64,000 nucleotides of DNA from Chloroflexota bacterium (GCA_027618835.1 JAQCHZ010000004.1:40715-104714); one strand, 5' to 3'; positions 10,602 to 19,848 are shown, counted from the stretch's first letter. Made by a program: numbers and translations. Notes: generated by a model from the sequence alone, not told the origin.

Positions 10602-11744
10602 TTAGCCCCCGAGCAGTACGCTCAGGTCGACTTCGCACTTCGAGAGTGCTGCGAATAGGCTGAGATCGGGTGCTACACCTGCAAGTAAGTTGGCGATTTG
10701 GTCTTCACCTAGTTCCGTCGAGAGGCAAATGATCTGCTCTTCCGTGAACGGAAGCTCGACGTCTGCGAGGTCTTCAGGCAATTCGAGTTGAATTGTTGGA
10801 ATGATCACAGGGTCAATCAAATCTCCTAGGTCGGTCGTTAATTCCGATGCTCCCATCAGATCATCAAGTTCGATTCCGCAGTTCGAAAGTGTCCCGAGTA
10901 GCGCACCCAAGTCCGAAAGGTCAGGTTCTCCCGCTGTCGGGTCGAGTAGTGCCAGACCGTCTTCACCAAGTTCACCGAGTACACAACCGCTTTGATCGGC
11001 AGGCACACCAAGCTCTTCGAACTCTGAATCGTCTACCGCTCCACATTCGATCATCAGCGGGAAGAGATCGCCCAGAGCAGCGAAATCGTATTTATCACCC
11101 GAGAAGACATCGACTAGATCGGTGAGGCCGGTAGGTCCAACGCCATTCACAACACACTCGAGTGCATCGATTCCACCTAATTCGCCGAATCCATAAGCAG
11201 CCTCGCTCGCCGAAATGCGAGCTCGTTCGTCGCTAGCGAGACAGAAGACGCCCTTGAGAGAGCTAATGATGACGTCCGCTGCTGGCTCTTCGAGGAAGAG
11301 TCCAGCGGCTGACATTCCACTGATTTGCTCACCGATACAGACGATAGTGTCGTTGCTCAACGTCCCGGCTTCCCGAGATAGTTGACCGATGAATATGGCG
11401 TTGACGGTATATTCACTCATGCAGTTATCGAGTGCGCCGGCTTCAGCGACAGTTAGTCGTTGGTCTCCGAGGCTCGATTCCAACATTGAGATCACACGAT
11501 CTCGCCCGCCAACAGCATCGGCAGCACATGCAGCTTCATCGGCTGGCAATGCACTAAGGAATCCGAAAGGGTCGGCGATTGGGTCGATCTCTATTGGAGC
11601 GACAGGCGCAGGCGTTGCCGTCGGAACAGGGGTCGCCGTCGACGGAACTGGGGTAACTGTTGGTTCAGAACTGCTGGTACATGCGATTGCGACAGCCATT
11701 AATGCGGCTATCGCTAAGAATATCACCAACTTTTGGCGAAGCAT
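10602..11744 (-). CDS. Acidic lipoprotein with Pro/Thr linker and five Cys-pair repeats, function unknown
   Basis: Lipobox-like AIAC, then PTVTPVPSTATPVPTATP, then repeated C...C modules. GGAG upstream of the ATG at 11744. Confidence 0.75.
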   Translation of the reverse strand: MLRQKLVIFLAIAALMAVAIACTSSSEPTVTPVPSTATPVPTATPAPVAPIEIDPIADPFGFLSALPADEAACAADAVGGRDRVISMLESSLGDQRLTVAEAGALDNCMSEYTVNAIFIGQLSREAGTLSNDTIVCIGEQISGMSAAGLFLEEPAADVIISSLKGVFCLASDERARISASEAAYGFGELGGIDALECVVNGVGPTGLTDLVDVFSGDKYDFAALGDLFPLMIECGAVDDSEFEELGVPADQSGCVLGELGEDGLALLDPTAGEPDLSDLGALLGTLSNCGIELDDLMGASELTTDLGDLIDPVIIPTIQLELPEDLADVELPFTEEQIICLSTELGEDQIANLLAGVAPDLSLFAALSKCEVDLSVLLGG

Positions 11745-11919
11745 CTCGGAGCTCTCCATCCCAAAAAGGGAATAAAACAGGCGGGTAAAAACACGGTGCT
11801 GTGCCACAACTACTTTTAGTTTAAATCCGAATCGTTACCGCTGTATTTCTCTAACTAGGTCCTTTTTACCTATGTTTGCTTACAGTTCGCTGTGAGTGAG
11901 GCGAGTGGATCCTGAGAAA

Positions 11920-13155
11920 TTACTCAGGTAAACCGACTAATTCACGCCTGAATAAGCTCAGCGCCCCCATTGCTGCACGTTGCCTGTCGGGTCCGCCTCG
12001 GCCGGCGGAACGGACGTGCCGGGTTCGTTCGCCATCGGGGCCTGACACTACGATGTAGGTTTCGCCTCTGCCTAGATTTTCCGTTCGCTGGTCGCCTTCT
12101 TCGGTCCCGTGAACCGCGATTCCATAGGTGGCTCCAGTTGTTTTTCTTATTGACCTGGCAAGAGCCGTCGCTCGCTCGGCACCGTCGGCAAACGGAGGCG
12201 TTTCACCGCCACATCGGGCAATCTTTTCCAAGGCTTCGTTCGAATTTACGATATAACTCTGCAAAAACGCAGTATCTGCTGCTTTTTGGATAGCAGATGC
12301 GACCGACCCGCCACTGAGATCTTCACAGGTCGCAACAGTAGCGTTCTTGCTGGTGAGAAGCTCGCCAACTACAGATTCGATCGTTGCGTCATCTACAGCA
12401 AATATGTTGTCGCCCAGCAGTTTGCGCACTTCGATGTCGACTTTATCGATTAGTGCATTTGCTTCGTCGATATTCTCGGCGAGAGCTGCAATTCGCACGT
12501 CGACCTGGCCAGGATGAGCGAGCACTCCGACTGTCGGATTCTTTGAATCAGCAATTAGGTGACCGATACGATCATCGACCGCGCTTTCTCCAATGTCAGC
12601 GACTTTCAGCACTCGGTAGTGGATCATCTGAGTAAGACCGTATTTCTCGCGGAGGTAAGGAATCACCTCGTTCTCAACGAGCCATTTCATCTCGAATGGA
12701 ACACCGGGAAGGCTGATCGTTACGCCTCGTTCGGTTTCGACGATGAAAGCGGGGGCGGTGCCATTCGGATTCTTCACCACGATAGCGCCGCTCGGTATTT
12801 GGGCTTGACGTTCATTGTTCTTTGTAAGGATGAACCCACGTTTCTGGAACCGCTCTCGAAGTTCTTCAAGCGACTCGGGATCTGTAACTACCTCACGACC
12901 TGTTACTTTGGCGATTGCTTCTCGAGTGAGATCGTCCTGAGTAGGGCCGATGCCGCCGCCTGTGATTACAACGTCAGATCGATCGAGTGCTTGATCGAGA
13001 ATGTCGACCATGCGGTCTAGGTTGTCTCCGACGGTCGTTTTGTAGAACAGGTTCACACCGCTTTCGGCCAACCTCTGCGCAATCCAAGATGCGTTCGTGT
13101 CGACGATCTGGCCGAGCAGCAGTTCCGAGCCAATGGAGACGATTTCTGCGTTCAT
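11920..13155 (-). CDS. cinA: CinA-family protein (MoCF-like pyrophosphatase domain + PncC-like domain)
   Basis: MNAEIVSIGSELLLGQIVDTN, GGIGPTQDDLTREA, NPNGTAP and LPGVPFEM motifs. Confidence 0.9.
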   Translation of the reverse strand: MNAEIVSIGSELLLGQIVDTNASWIAQRLAESGVNLFYKTTVGDNLDRMVDILDQALDRSDVVITGGGIGPTQDDLTREAIAKVTGREVVTDPESLEELRERFQKRGFILTKNNERQAQIPSGAIVVKNPNGTAPAFIVETERGVTISLPGVPFEMKWLVENEVIPYLREKYGLTQMIHYRVLKVADIGESAVDDRIGHLIADSKNPTVGVLAHPGQVDVRIAALAENIDEANALIDKVDIEVRKLLGDNIFAVDDATIESVVGELLTSKNATVATCEDLSGGSVASAIQKAADTAFLQSYIVNSNEALEKIARCGGETPPFADGAERATALARSIRKTTGATYGIAVHGTEEGDQRTENLGRGETYIVVSGPDGERTRHVRSAGRGGPDRQRAAMGALSLFRRELVGLPE

Positions 13156-13275
13156 GTGAAGGTGTTGTGTTCCTATATTGCGGATCGATAGCCGAGGCGA
13201 GCCGTGATCGTTGCTAGGTGCATCCAGCAAAGCTGCCCAAACGGGTTGTCTGAGATTCGAAAACGATGTTCGATC

Positions 13276-13815
13276 TTATCCGGCTGCTAACGTGGCCTCA
13301 GTGAATAGTGCTTCTAGTGCCACGTTCCGCTCCACGAACAGCGCTGGATCGCCATCTCCGCGATTGATCACGCAGAGCGCATGGGCGACATTCGCTCCTA
13401 AGCCACGTAACGCATCGATTGAATCGGCGACTGCCCCGCCGGACGTAACGATGTCTTCCACAATCAAGACGTTCATGTTTTGGACGTCCGCCCCTTCAAT
13501 CTGTTTGGCGGTTCCGTACGTCTTAGCTTCTTTACGGGCCAGAGCTAAAGGGAGTCCTGTCCTCTGAGAAAGAATCGTAGCGATTGGAACTCCGCCCAAT
13601 TCCATTCCCACTAGTACCTCAGCCGTATCAGGCACAAGCGGTTCAAGTAATTCACATATATCGGCTAATAGACGAGGATCAGATTCGAACAGGTACTTAT
13701 CAAAATAATGGTCACTGATGATTCCAGAGCGCAATCGGAACTCGCCGGTCAAGTGGGCGATTTGCGTGATCCTTCGTGCGACATCTTCCATAGGGCGCTC
13801 GTGCATCGGTCTCAT
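13276..13815 (-). CDS. pyrE: Orotate phosphoribosyltransferase
   Basis: GEFRLRSG, YFDKY, RKEAKTYGT and IVEDIVTSGG motifs. Start may be 13806. Confidence 0.9.
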   Translation of the reverse strand: MRPMHERPMEDVARRITQIAHLTGEFRLRSGIISDHYFDKYLFESDPRLLADICELLEPLVPDTAEVLVGMELGGVPIATILSQRTGLPLALARKEAKTYGTAKQIEGADVQNMNVLIVEDIVTSGGAVADSIDALRGLGANVAHALCVINRGDGDPALFVERNVALEALFTEATLAAG

Positions 13816-13995
13816 TCTCCTAATATAGCGGGGGGGGGATACGATAGCGGAAGTATACGGACTGGTGTTGTTGAATGATGCACTTCGCGTCGTGAGGTCC
13901 AGATAATTTCGATTCGAACCGCTCCCAGATCGTCAATTTGATTTACTGATTCTGGGCCGTATTCCAGGACGAGCGCTAACGTGTCGCCATGCCAC

Positions 13996-14025
13996 TTGAC
14001 TTAATTAGAACAAATGTTCGATAAT
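13996..14025 (+). promoter_or_regulatory. Sigma70-type promoter
   Basis: TTGACT (13996-14001), 18-nt spacer, GATAAT (14020-14025). Confidence 0.6.
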
Positions 14026-14038
14026 AGAACGGTCGTTC
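14008..14038. promoter_or_regulatory. Two LexA (SOS) boxes, GAAC-N4-GTTC
   Basis: GAACaaatGTTC at 14008-14019 and GAACggtcGTTC at 14027-14038 flank the -10. This is the Firmicutes/Actinobacteria/Chloroflexota type of box; a similar box precedes recA. Confidence 0.8.
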
Positions 14039-14075
14039 TGATATAGCGATCAAAAGTAAGTCTGAAGAGGTCAAG

Positions 14076-14798
14076 ATGAGTCCAACAGCTACGGCGGTAA
14101 TTTCACCAGAAAATGTTTTGCATGTTGCGGATTCGAATCGGCGCGGCGCTGTTTCACCAGTTTCTATTTCAACTGGTTCGAAGACTGTTGCCGCGAGTGA
14201 CGATCTCAATGTCGCACTGGCACAGATCGTTCAGAGCGTAACTGATCGCAGCGAAAGTGCCGAGTCGAAGATCATCACTGTTGATCTCGTCAAGGGTGAG
14301 AACGTTCAGGAATTTTCGACTCGACTTCGGATGCTGTTGCTGTTCATGAACCGTAACGAAGGTTCTGTTTCCGCCACAGTTTCACCTTCATTTCAGGACG
14401 ACACGTATCCGGCAATGCTCGCTCTTGTGAAGGGCTTTCAGAGTTCTGGAGCGAGTGAAGACTGGCGCCCAGATGGTCCTCGATCGATTCGTGTAGGTAA
14501 CGCAAGGCATCTGTTTGTCAGTGTCGATATGCCAGTGATGGATCGAAGCCCAGCGCCCGACACGCTTATCGAGCTCGTTTCAGCGCACAAGATCAGTTCT
14601 TCTTGGTACGACCAGCGGGTGAGTCCGCGAGTTGCTTCGATTGGGATAACCACGCTGATGTTCGGCATCCCGAATAGTCCTGGGTCTGATTACGCAGGCT
14701 CGGTATTCAAGAGAGAACGAACTAGAAACCTGTCGGTTCGATCCGGCGGTATCCATTTGTCACGTCAGTTGAATTGGTCCGCTTCGGCGGCTGTCTGA
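14076..14798 (+). CDS. Hypothetical protein resembling a degenerate terminase large-subunit ATPase domain
   Basis: Intact 240-aa ORF with GAGG RBS. Its pattern is colinear with Chloroflexota TerL-like N-domains as recalled (SP[ST]F, IR[LV]GNAR.[IL]F[LV]S, [IV]TT...G). Walker A and B are not conserved. Confidence 0.6.
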   Translation: MSPTATAVISPENVLHVADSNRRGAVSPVSISTGSKTVAASDDLNVALAQIVQSVTDRSESAESKIITVDLVKGENVQEFSTRLRMLLLFMNRNEGSVSATVSPSFQDDTYPAMLALVKGFQSSGASEDWRPDGPRSIRVGNARHLFVSVDMPVMDRSPAPDTLIELVSAHKISSSWYDQRVSPRVASIGITTLMFGIPNSPGSDYAGSVFKRERTRNLSVRSGGIHLSRQLNWSASAAV

Positions 14799-14858
14799 GT
14801 TCATTTCAGCTAATTATTTCTGACCGTTTCATTTTCGGTCAATTCGGAGACTTCTTTT

Positions 14859-15311
14859 ATGGTCATGACGGTTGGTCCTTCAAACCCATTGAACTTTGGT
14901 TACACAGATATTCTGGCTCCAGTTCGGTCCGACACCTTGCCAGAAAACACGCGATACAAAGACGATGGCTGTGATGCCGCGGCAAGCTGCTTAGATTGCC
15001 CTTTGGCGCTGTGTAAGTACGACGATCCGGGCTGGTTGCAGAGCGAGAGCCGTCGAACTCGTGATGACGAAATCTTCCGACTACGGAAAGAACGTGTGTC
15101 GGTAGCTGAAATTTCGGAGCGATTCGACATTAGTACCCGTACGGTTCATCGAATCGTTCAGCGGGGTGGCGCAGCTCCAGTACCTGTGACTGAAGAAGAC
15201 GATGGACCGATCATTTCGCTTAGCGAGCTTGCAGAGCGTTCACTTTTTCGTGAGCGAACACCGTTTCCTAAGCTGTTGATCGGAAGCTCTGACAGTTTCG
15301 GAGCTAACTAA
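14859..15311 (+). CDS. 4-Cys motif + helix-turn-helix protein
   Basis: PENTRYKDDGC-x5-C-x2-CP-x3-CKYDDP, followed by an HTH (SVAEISERFDISTRTVHRIV). GGAG RBS. Confidence 0.8.
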   Translation: MVMTVGPSNPLNFGYTDILAPVRSDTLPENTRYKDDGCDAAASCLDCPLALCKYDDPGWLQSESRRTRDDEIFRLRKERVSVAEISERFDISTRTVHRIVQRGGAAPVPVTEEDDGPIISLSELAERSLFRERTPFPKLLIGSSDSFGAN

Positions 15312-15375
15312 TTCGATTACTTGGTTAACTCCGATTCGAGTTTTTCGCTCGGCAATCTCGAGATAAACTGCCTGA

Positions 15376-16662
15376 ATGACATCAGATTCAAATCTTCCTG
15401 ATCGCCCAAAACTAAGACCCATAGATGTAAGTCGCGTCACCCACGAGGGGAGCGATTACTTCTTGTTAAAGGACCTTCGCCGCCTCAGCGGCCAGTCGCT
15501 GATGGTTCCTGTTCCGCTGGGTTTATATCTTCAAGGTGTCGACGGTACGAACACCCTGAACGAGATCACCAAAGCTGCGATTAGCGGTGGTGCACCCGAG
15601 GTTCCACGAGAAACCCTCGATGAACTAATGGGTCGACTCGACGACATGTTGTTGCTGTCGAACGGCAAGTATTCGGTTGAAATCAAACAACTTCGCGACG
15701 ATTTCAGGAGCGCGCCAGAACGAACACCTGCCCTGGCTGACCTAGCTTATCCATCGGATACAGACGACCTAAGAGGGTACCTCGACGGCTTCGCATTTCC
15801 GTACATGAACGACGATGCGATGGCAGATGATGATTTACCAGCTGATTTTGATGTCAAACTCAAGGCAATAGTGTCGCCTCATATCGATTTTGAACGCGGT
15901 GGCGATAGTTACGGAATGATCTGGGAGCAGGTGCGAGATCAACTTCAAGACGTCGAGTTGTTCGTTGTATTTGGTACCGATCACAACGGTGAAGGCCCTC
16001 GCCTAACCCTCACCAATCAGGATTATCGATCTCCTCTCGGTATGTTGGAAACTGACACTGAGTTGGTTGATGAAATAGCGAGAATTCTGTCTACTGACAA
16101 CACGATCGACGATCATCCGTTCGCCGATGAGTTCAATCATGCAAACGAACATTCGATCGAACTTGCGACGGTCTGGCTCCATCGGGCTGTAGGCAATTCA
16201 AACGCAAAAATGCTGCCAATTCTTTGCGGTTCATTCGATGAATTACTGGAAGATGGTGTGTCAAATATCGACGGCCATCCAGAGATCGGTCGAGTAGTGC
16301 GACTACTTCAATCGGTGGCAGATGAACGTCGAACCATGTTTATTGCCGCAGCCGATCTTGCACATGTTGGTCCGGCCTTTGGCGACACGGAACTCATGCC
16401 CAAAGATTCTGAGGATCGACGTCGAGTAAAAGCAGAAGATGAAGTGCTGTTGGAGGCGATAGTGAATGGCAGCCGAAGTAGATTCTTCGAAGCAGTCAAG
16501 AACAACAAAGATCGCAATAGGATCTGCGGACTCGCACCGATCTACATGACCTTGTGGGCTGCAGATACGACGATTGGTACTTGGAATGGTTATCAGCAGT
16601 GCCAAGCGGATGAAGATGACACTTCGTTTGTGTCGATCGCAGGCGCTGCATTATTTGGATAG
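15376..16662 (+). CDS. MEMO1 family / AmmeMemoRadiSam protein B with N-terminal extension
   Basis: ALADLAYP, SPHIDFERGG, FGTDH, EHSIEL, AADLAHVGPAFGD and ICGLAP motifs. Confidence 0.88.
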   Translation: MTSDSNLPDRPKLRPIDVSRVTHEGSDYFLLKDLRRLSGQSLMVPVPLGLYLQGVDGTNTLNEITKAAISGGAPEVPRETLDELMGRLDDMLLLSNGKYSVEIKQLRDDFRSAPERTPALADLAYPSDTDDLRGYLDGFAFPYMNDDAMADDDLPADFDVKLKAIVSPHIDFERGGDSYGMIWEQVRDQLQDVELFVVFGTDHNGEGPRLTLTNQDYRSPLGMLETDTELVDEIARILSTDNTIDDHPFADEFNHANEHSIELATVWLHRAVGNSNAKMLPILCGSFDELLEDGVSNIDGHPEIGRVVRLLQSVADERRTMFIAAADLAHVGPAFGDTELMPKDSEDRRRVKAEDEVLLEAIVNGSRSRFFEAVKNNKDRNRICGLAPIYMTLWAADTTIGTWNGYQQCQADEDDTSFVSIAGAALFG

Positions 16663-16697
16663 CCAGAGGGTGAAACGCGAGGAAGGTTACGGGACGA

Positions 16698-17417
16698 TTA
16701 GTCGACGTTTGTGTCGATCATCGTGGTTCCGCTAACCAACTCGCCAGTTGCCTGGAAGAGCGCGCGTTCTGAGATGTTCATAGCCCGATCGGCAACTCGT
16801 TCAACGTTGTGAGCGACCCACATCAGGTATGTAGCGCGCTCTGCGTTATCAGGATCACTCTTAACGAGTTCCATCAAGTCGCCTTGAACCTTGGTGTAGA
16901 GATCATCGACTTCGTCATCTTCTGATTCGAGTTCTACAGTGATGGTTCGAACAAATTCTGCATCCCGGCTAATGAACGCCTCAAGCGACCGTTTGAGCAT
17001 GCTGACAGCCATGTCACCCATGCGTGGGATGTCGATTAATTCCTTGAGCGGAGGTTGCCCGCCCATGGTGATGCTGATTTTGGCGATGCCTTCTGCGTAG
17101 TCGCCAATTCGCTCAAGTTCGCCAGCGATCTGTAGGCTTGCGACGATTCGTCGCAGGTCACCAGCCACGGGCGACTGTCTTCGGATCAGTTCGATACAGT
17201 ATCGTTCGATCTCAAGTTCAGTCTGGTCGATGTGGTCGTCTTCATTGATGACCTTCTGCGACCTGTCGATGTCACGGTTTTTTAGAGCTTGAAGCGCATC
17301 GAAAATCGCTTTTTCGACGAGTCCACTCATCAAAATAAGCTCGGCTTCAAGTCTGCCAAGTTCTCTGTCGAACTCCTGCCGGCCTTTGGATAAAATACTG
17401 TTCTGCTGTTCGTTCAT
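16698..17417 (-). CDS. phoU: Phosphate signalling protein PhoU
   Basis: QSPVAGDLR, ELERIGDYA and HNVERVADRA motifs. Confidence 0.95.
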   Translation of the reverse strand: MNEQQNSILSKGRQEFDRELGRLEAELILMSGLVEKAIFDALQALKNRDIDRSQKVINEDDHIDQTELEIERYCIELIRRQSPVAGDLRRIVASLQIAGELERIGDYAEGIAKISITMGGQPPLKELIDIPRMGDMAVSMLKRSLEAFISRDAEFVRTITVELESEDDEVDDLYTKVQGDLMELVKSDPDNAERATYLMWVAHNVERVADRAMNISERALFQATGELVSGTTMIDTNVD

Positions 17418-17464
17418 GATCGCTACTGTATACCTTGGAAGTCAGTGATGACGGAATGCTGCGG

Positions 17465-18298
17465 CTATCCGATTCGGCCCGTTACGTACGCTTCAGTTCG
17501 TTTGTCTTTCGGGTTACCAAACACCTGCTGGTTGGTACCGTATTCGATCAAGCGTCCCACCCGCTCTTCCCCTGCCATCATCACCGCGGCGTAGTCGGAA
17601 ATACGAGTCGCCTGCTGCATGTTGTGGGTGACGATAACGATGGTGACTTCGCTGGAAAGTTCTTTAATCAACTGCTCGATAGCCTGTGTTGAAATTGGGT
17701 CTAGTGCTGACGCTGGTTCGTCCATGAGAACGATCTCAGGGTTTACCGCGAGTGCTCTTGCAATACAAATCCGCTGTTGCTGACCACCAGAGACGCTTAG
17801 CCCGCTGTCGTTGAGCCGGTCTTTCACTTCATCCCATACAGCCGCTCGACGGAGCGAAGTTTCGACTAATTCGTCGAGATCATCGGTCATGCCGTTGATT
17901 CGTGGGCCGAACGCCACGTTTTCGTAAATGCTCTTTGGGAACGGATTAGGGCGTTGGAACACCATTCCGATACGGAACCGAATTTCGGTAGCGTCTACTT
18001 CGGGGCCGTAGATGTTTTGGCCGTCGAAGTTGACGGTGCCTTTGACCGACGCGCTCGGAATCAAATCGTTCATGCGATTGAAGCAGCGTAACAACGTGCT
18101 TTTGCCACAGCCGGAAGGGCCTATGAGTGACACGACGCTGTTCTTCGGTACCTGAAGCGACACCCCACTAACGGCAGTTTGCCCGCCGTACGCAACTGAT
18201 AGGTCGTTCGATTCGAGGACAGGTTCAATATCATCGAATCTGAGGATATTTTCGATCGATCCTGCCTGAGAAAGGAGGTCGGTGTCATTGAGGGTCAT
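17465..18298 (-). CDS. pstB: Phosphate ABC transporter ATPase
   Basis: [37 protein letters not shown] and YVTGRIG motifs. Confidence 0.95.
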   Translation of the reverse strand: MTLNDTDLLSQAGSIENILRFDDIEPVLESNDLSVAYGGQTAVSGVSLQVPKNSVVSLIGPSGCGKSTLLRCFNRMNDLIPSASVKGTVNFDGQNIYGPEVDATEIRFRIGMVFQRPNPFPKSIYENVAFGPRINGMTDDLDELVETSLRRAAVWDEVKDRLNDSGLSVSGGQQQRICIARALAVNPEIVLMDEPASALDPISTQAIEQLIKELSSEVTIVIVTHNMQQATRISDYAAVMMAGEERVGRLIEYGTNQQVFGNPKDKRTEAYVTGRIG

Positions 18299-18559
18299 TG
18301 GTCACTCCACGAATGAGCCTGATCAAAATACGTTCATTTAGTGAGTTTGAATGTTAGTGGCGCAACGTTAACAGAATGATAGCTGGTCGACCGCAATTTT
18401 CGGTCGACCATCTATCGTAACTGCGACGGTCGCCATCCGAATTTGGTTCCACGGATGCCACGATCCGAGTTTAGGCAACGTCGGTTCAGATGTCATGCAC
18501 CCATTCACGCCGTCCGTTGCTAAACTTAACGTTTACCCCCCTTTAGATATATCTTCCCG

Positions 18560-19732
18560 ATGACAACTCCTCAGTCCCCTTCGTCCGAGCCTACGGCTGA
18601 AAAGGCTTCAATTCCCTCAGCTACGCTCCCATCCATTCTCGATCTCTCACGTGACCGCCTAACCTCTACTCTGATCGAAATGGGTGAGAAGAAGTTCCGC
18701 GCCGATCAGGTTTGGCGTTCGATCTACCACGAAACTGTGGGTAGTTTCGACGAGATGTCGACTTTGAGCAAACCTTTCAGAGAAAAGCTGAAAGAAAGTT
18801 ACACGTTCTCAGCTCTTGAGCAGGCAATGTTCCTTACTTCGGCCGACAAAACGACCAGTAAGGCGTTGTACAAGCTGCACGATGGTGAGTTGATCGAAAC
18901 CGTTCTTATGCGATATGAAACCGACGGCCACCGTCGTAATCGCAAGACTGCCTGCATATCGACTCAGGCTGGGTGCGCACTCGGTTGCACTTTCTGCGCA
19001 ACTGGTCAGCAGGGTTTCCGCCGTAATCTCACCGTAGGCGAAATTGTCGCTCAGGTTATCGAGATGCAGAAAGTTGCTCGTGCCGAAGACGAAGCTCAGA
19101 TGGCTGATGGCAAGCGAAGCAAGGGCGATATTCAAGGCGTTACGAACGTGGTGTTCATGGGCATGGGCGAACCTCTTGCCAACTACAGGAACGTCGTAGG
19201 TGCGATTAGAGTGCTCAATGATGGCCAGGGGCTGAACATTGGCGCCCGGCATATCACGGTGTCTACCGTTGGTTTAGTTCCACAGATTCTTCAGTTGGCA
19301 GAAGAAGAACTTCAGATCAACCTGGCTATTTCACTTCACGCGCCAGACAATGCGACTCGCTCGCAGACTATGCCAGTCAACAAACGCTACCCGGTTGAAG
19401 AGTTGATGCGTGCGTGCCACAAATACGCCGATGCAACTGGGCGACGGATTTTCTTCGAGTACGTGCTGCTGAAAGAACAGAACGATTCAGTGGAGCAGGC
19501 TCAGAAATTAGGGCGTCTCCTCAACGGTCTGCACTGCCACGTGAATCTGATTCCTGTGAATCCGACCAAAGAAGGACCGTTCGAACGCACCGATATGACG
19601 GCTGCGAAGGACTTCCAAGGCGGTCTAAAGCAGTACGGAATTCCATCGACCGTTCGAATGGAAAAGGGCATTGATATCAACGCGGGCTGTGGTCAACTCC
19701 GTGAACGCGCGATCGATATTCTCGGAGCGTAG
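18560..19732 (+). CDS. rlmN: 23S rRNA/tRNA m2A methyltransferase
   Basis: CISTQAGCALGCTFCATG, FMGMGEP, ISLHA and DINAGCGQL motifs. Confidence 0.95.
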   Translation: MTTPQSPSSEPTAEKASIPSATLPSILDLSRDRLTSTLIEMGEKKFRADQVWRSIYHETVGSFDEMSTLSKPFREKLKESYTFSALEQAMFLTSADKTTSKALYKLHDGELIETVLMRYETDGHRRNRKTACISTQAGCALGCTFCATGQQGFRRNLTVGEIVAQVIEMQKVARAEDEAQMADGKRSKGDIQGVTNVVFMGMGEPLANYRNVVGAIRVLNDGQGLNIGARHITVSTVGLVPQILQLAEEELQINLAISLHAPDNATRSQTMPVNKRYPVEELMRACHKYADATGRRIFFEYVLLKEQNDSVEQAQKLGRLLNGLHCHVNLIPVNPTKEGPFERTDMTAAKDFQGGLKQYGIPSTVRMEKGIDINAGCGQLRERAIDILGA

Positions 19733-19848
19733 GCTCTAGCTCCCGCCACAAACTCTAAAAAATGTCTGTAGAATTCCGCCGCGTTCGGCAAGCACTAACT
19801 TGTCCGCGTCGCTTTTGGCGTTCTTAGATAACGAATTGGAGAATCCGT

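Noticed and set aside
18320-18375. Pho box upstream of pstB
   Set aside because: The TTAAC/CTAAC-like units are spaced 14 and 16 nt apart, not 11.
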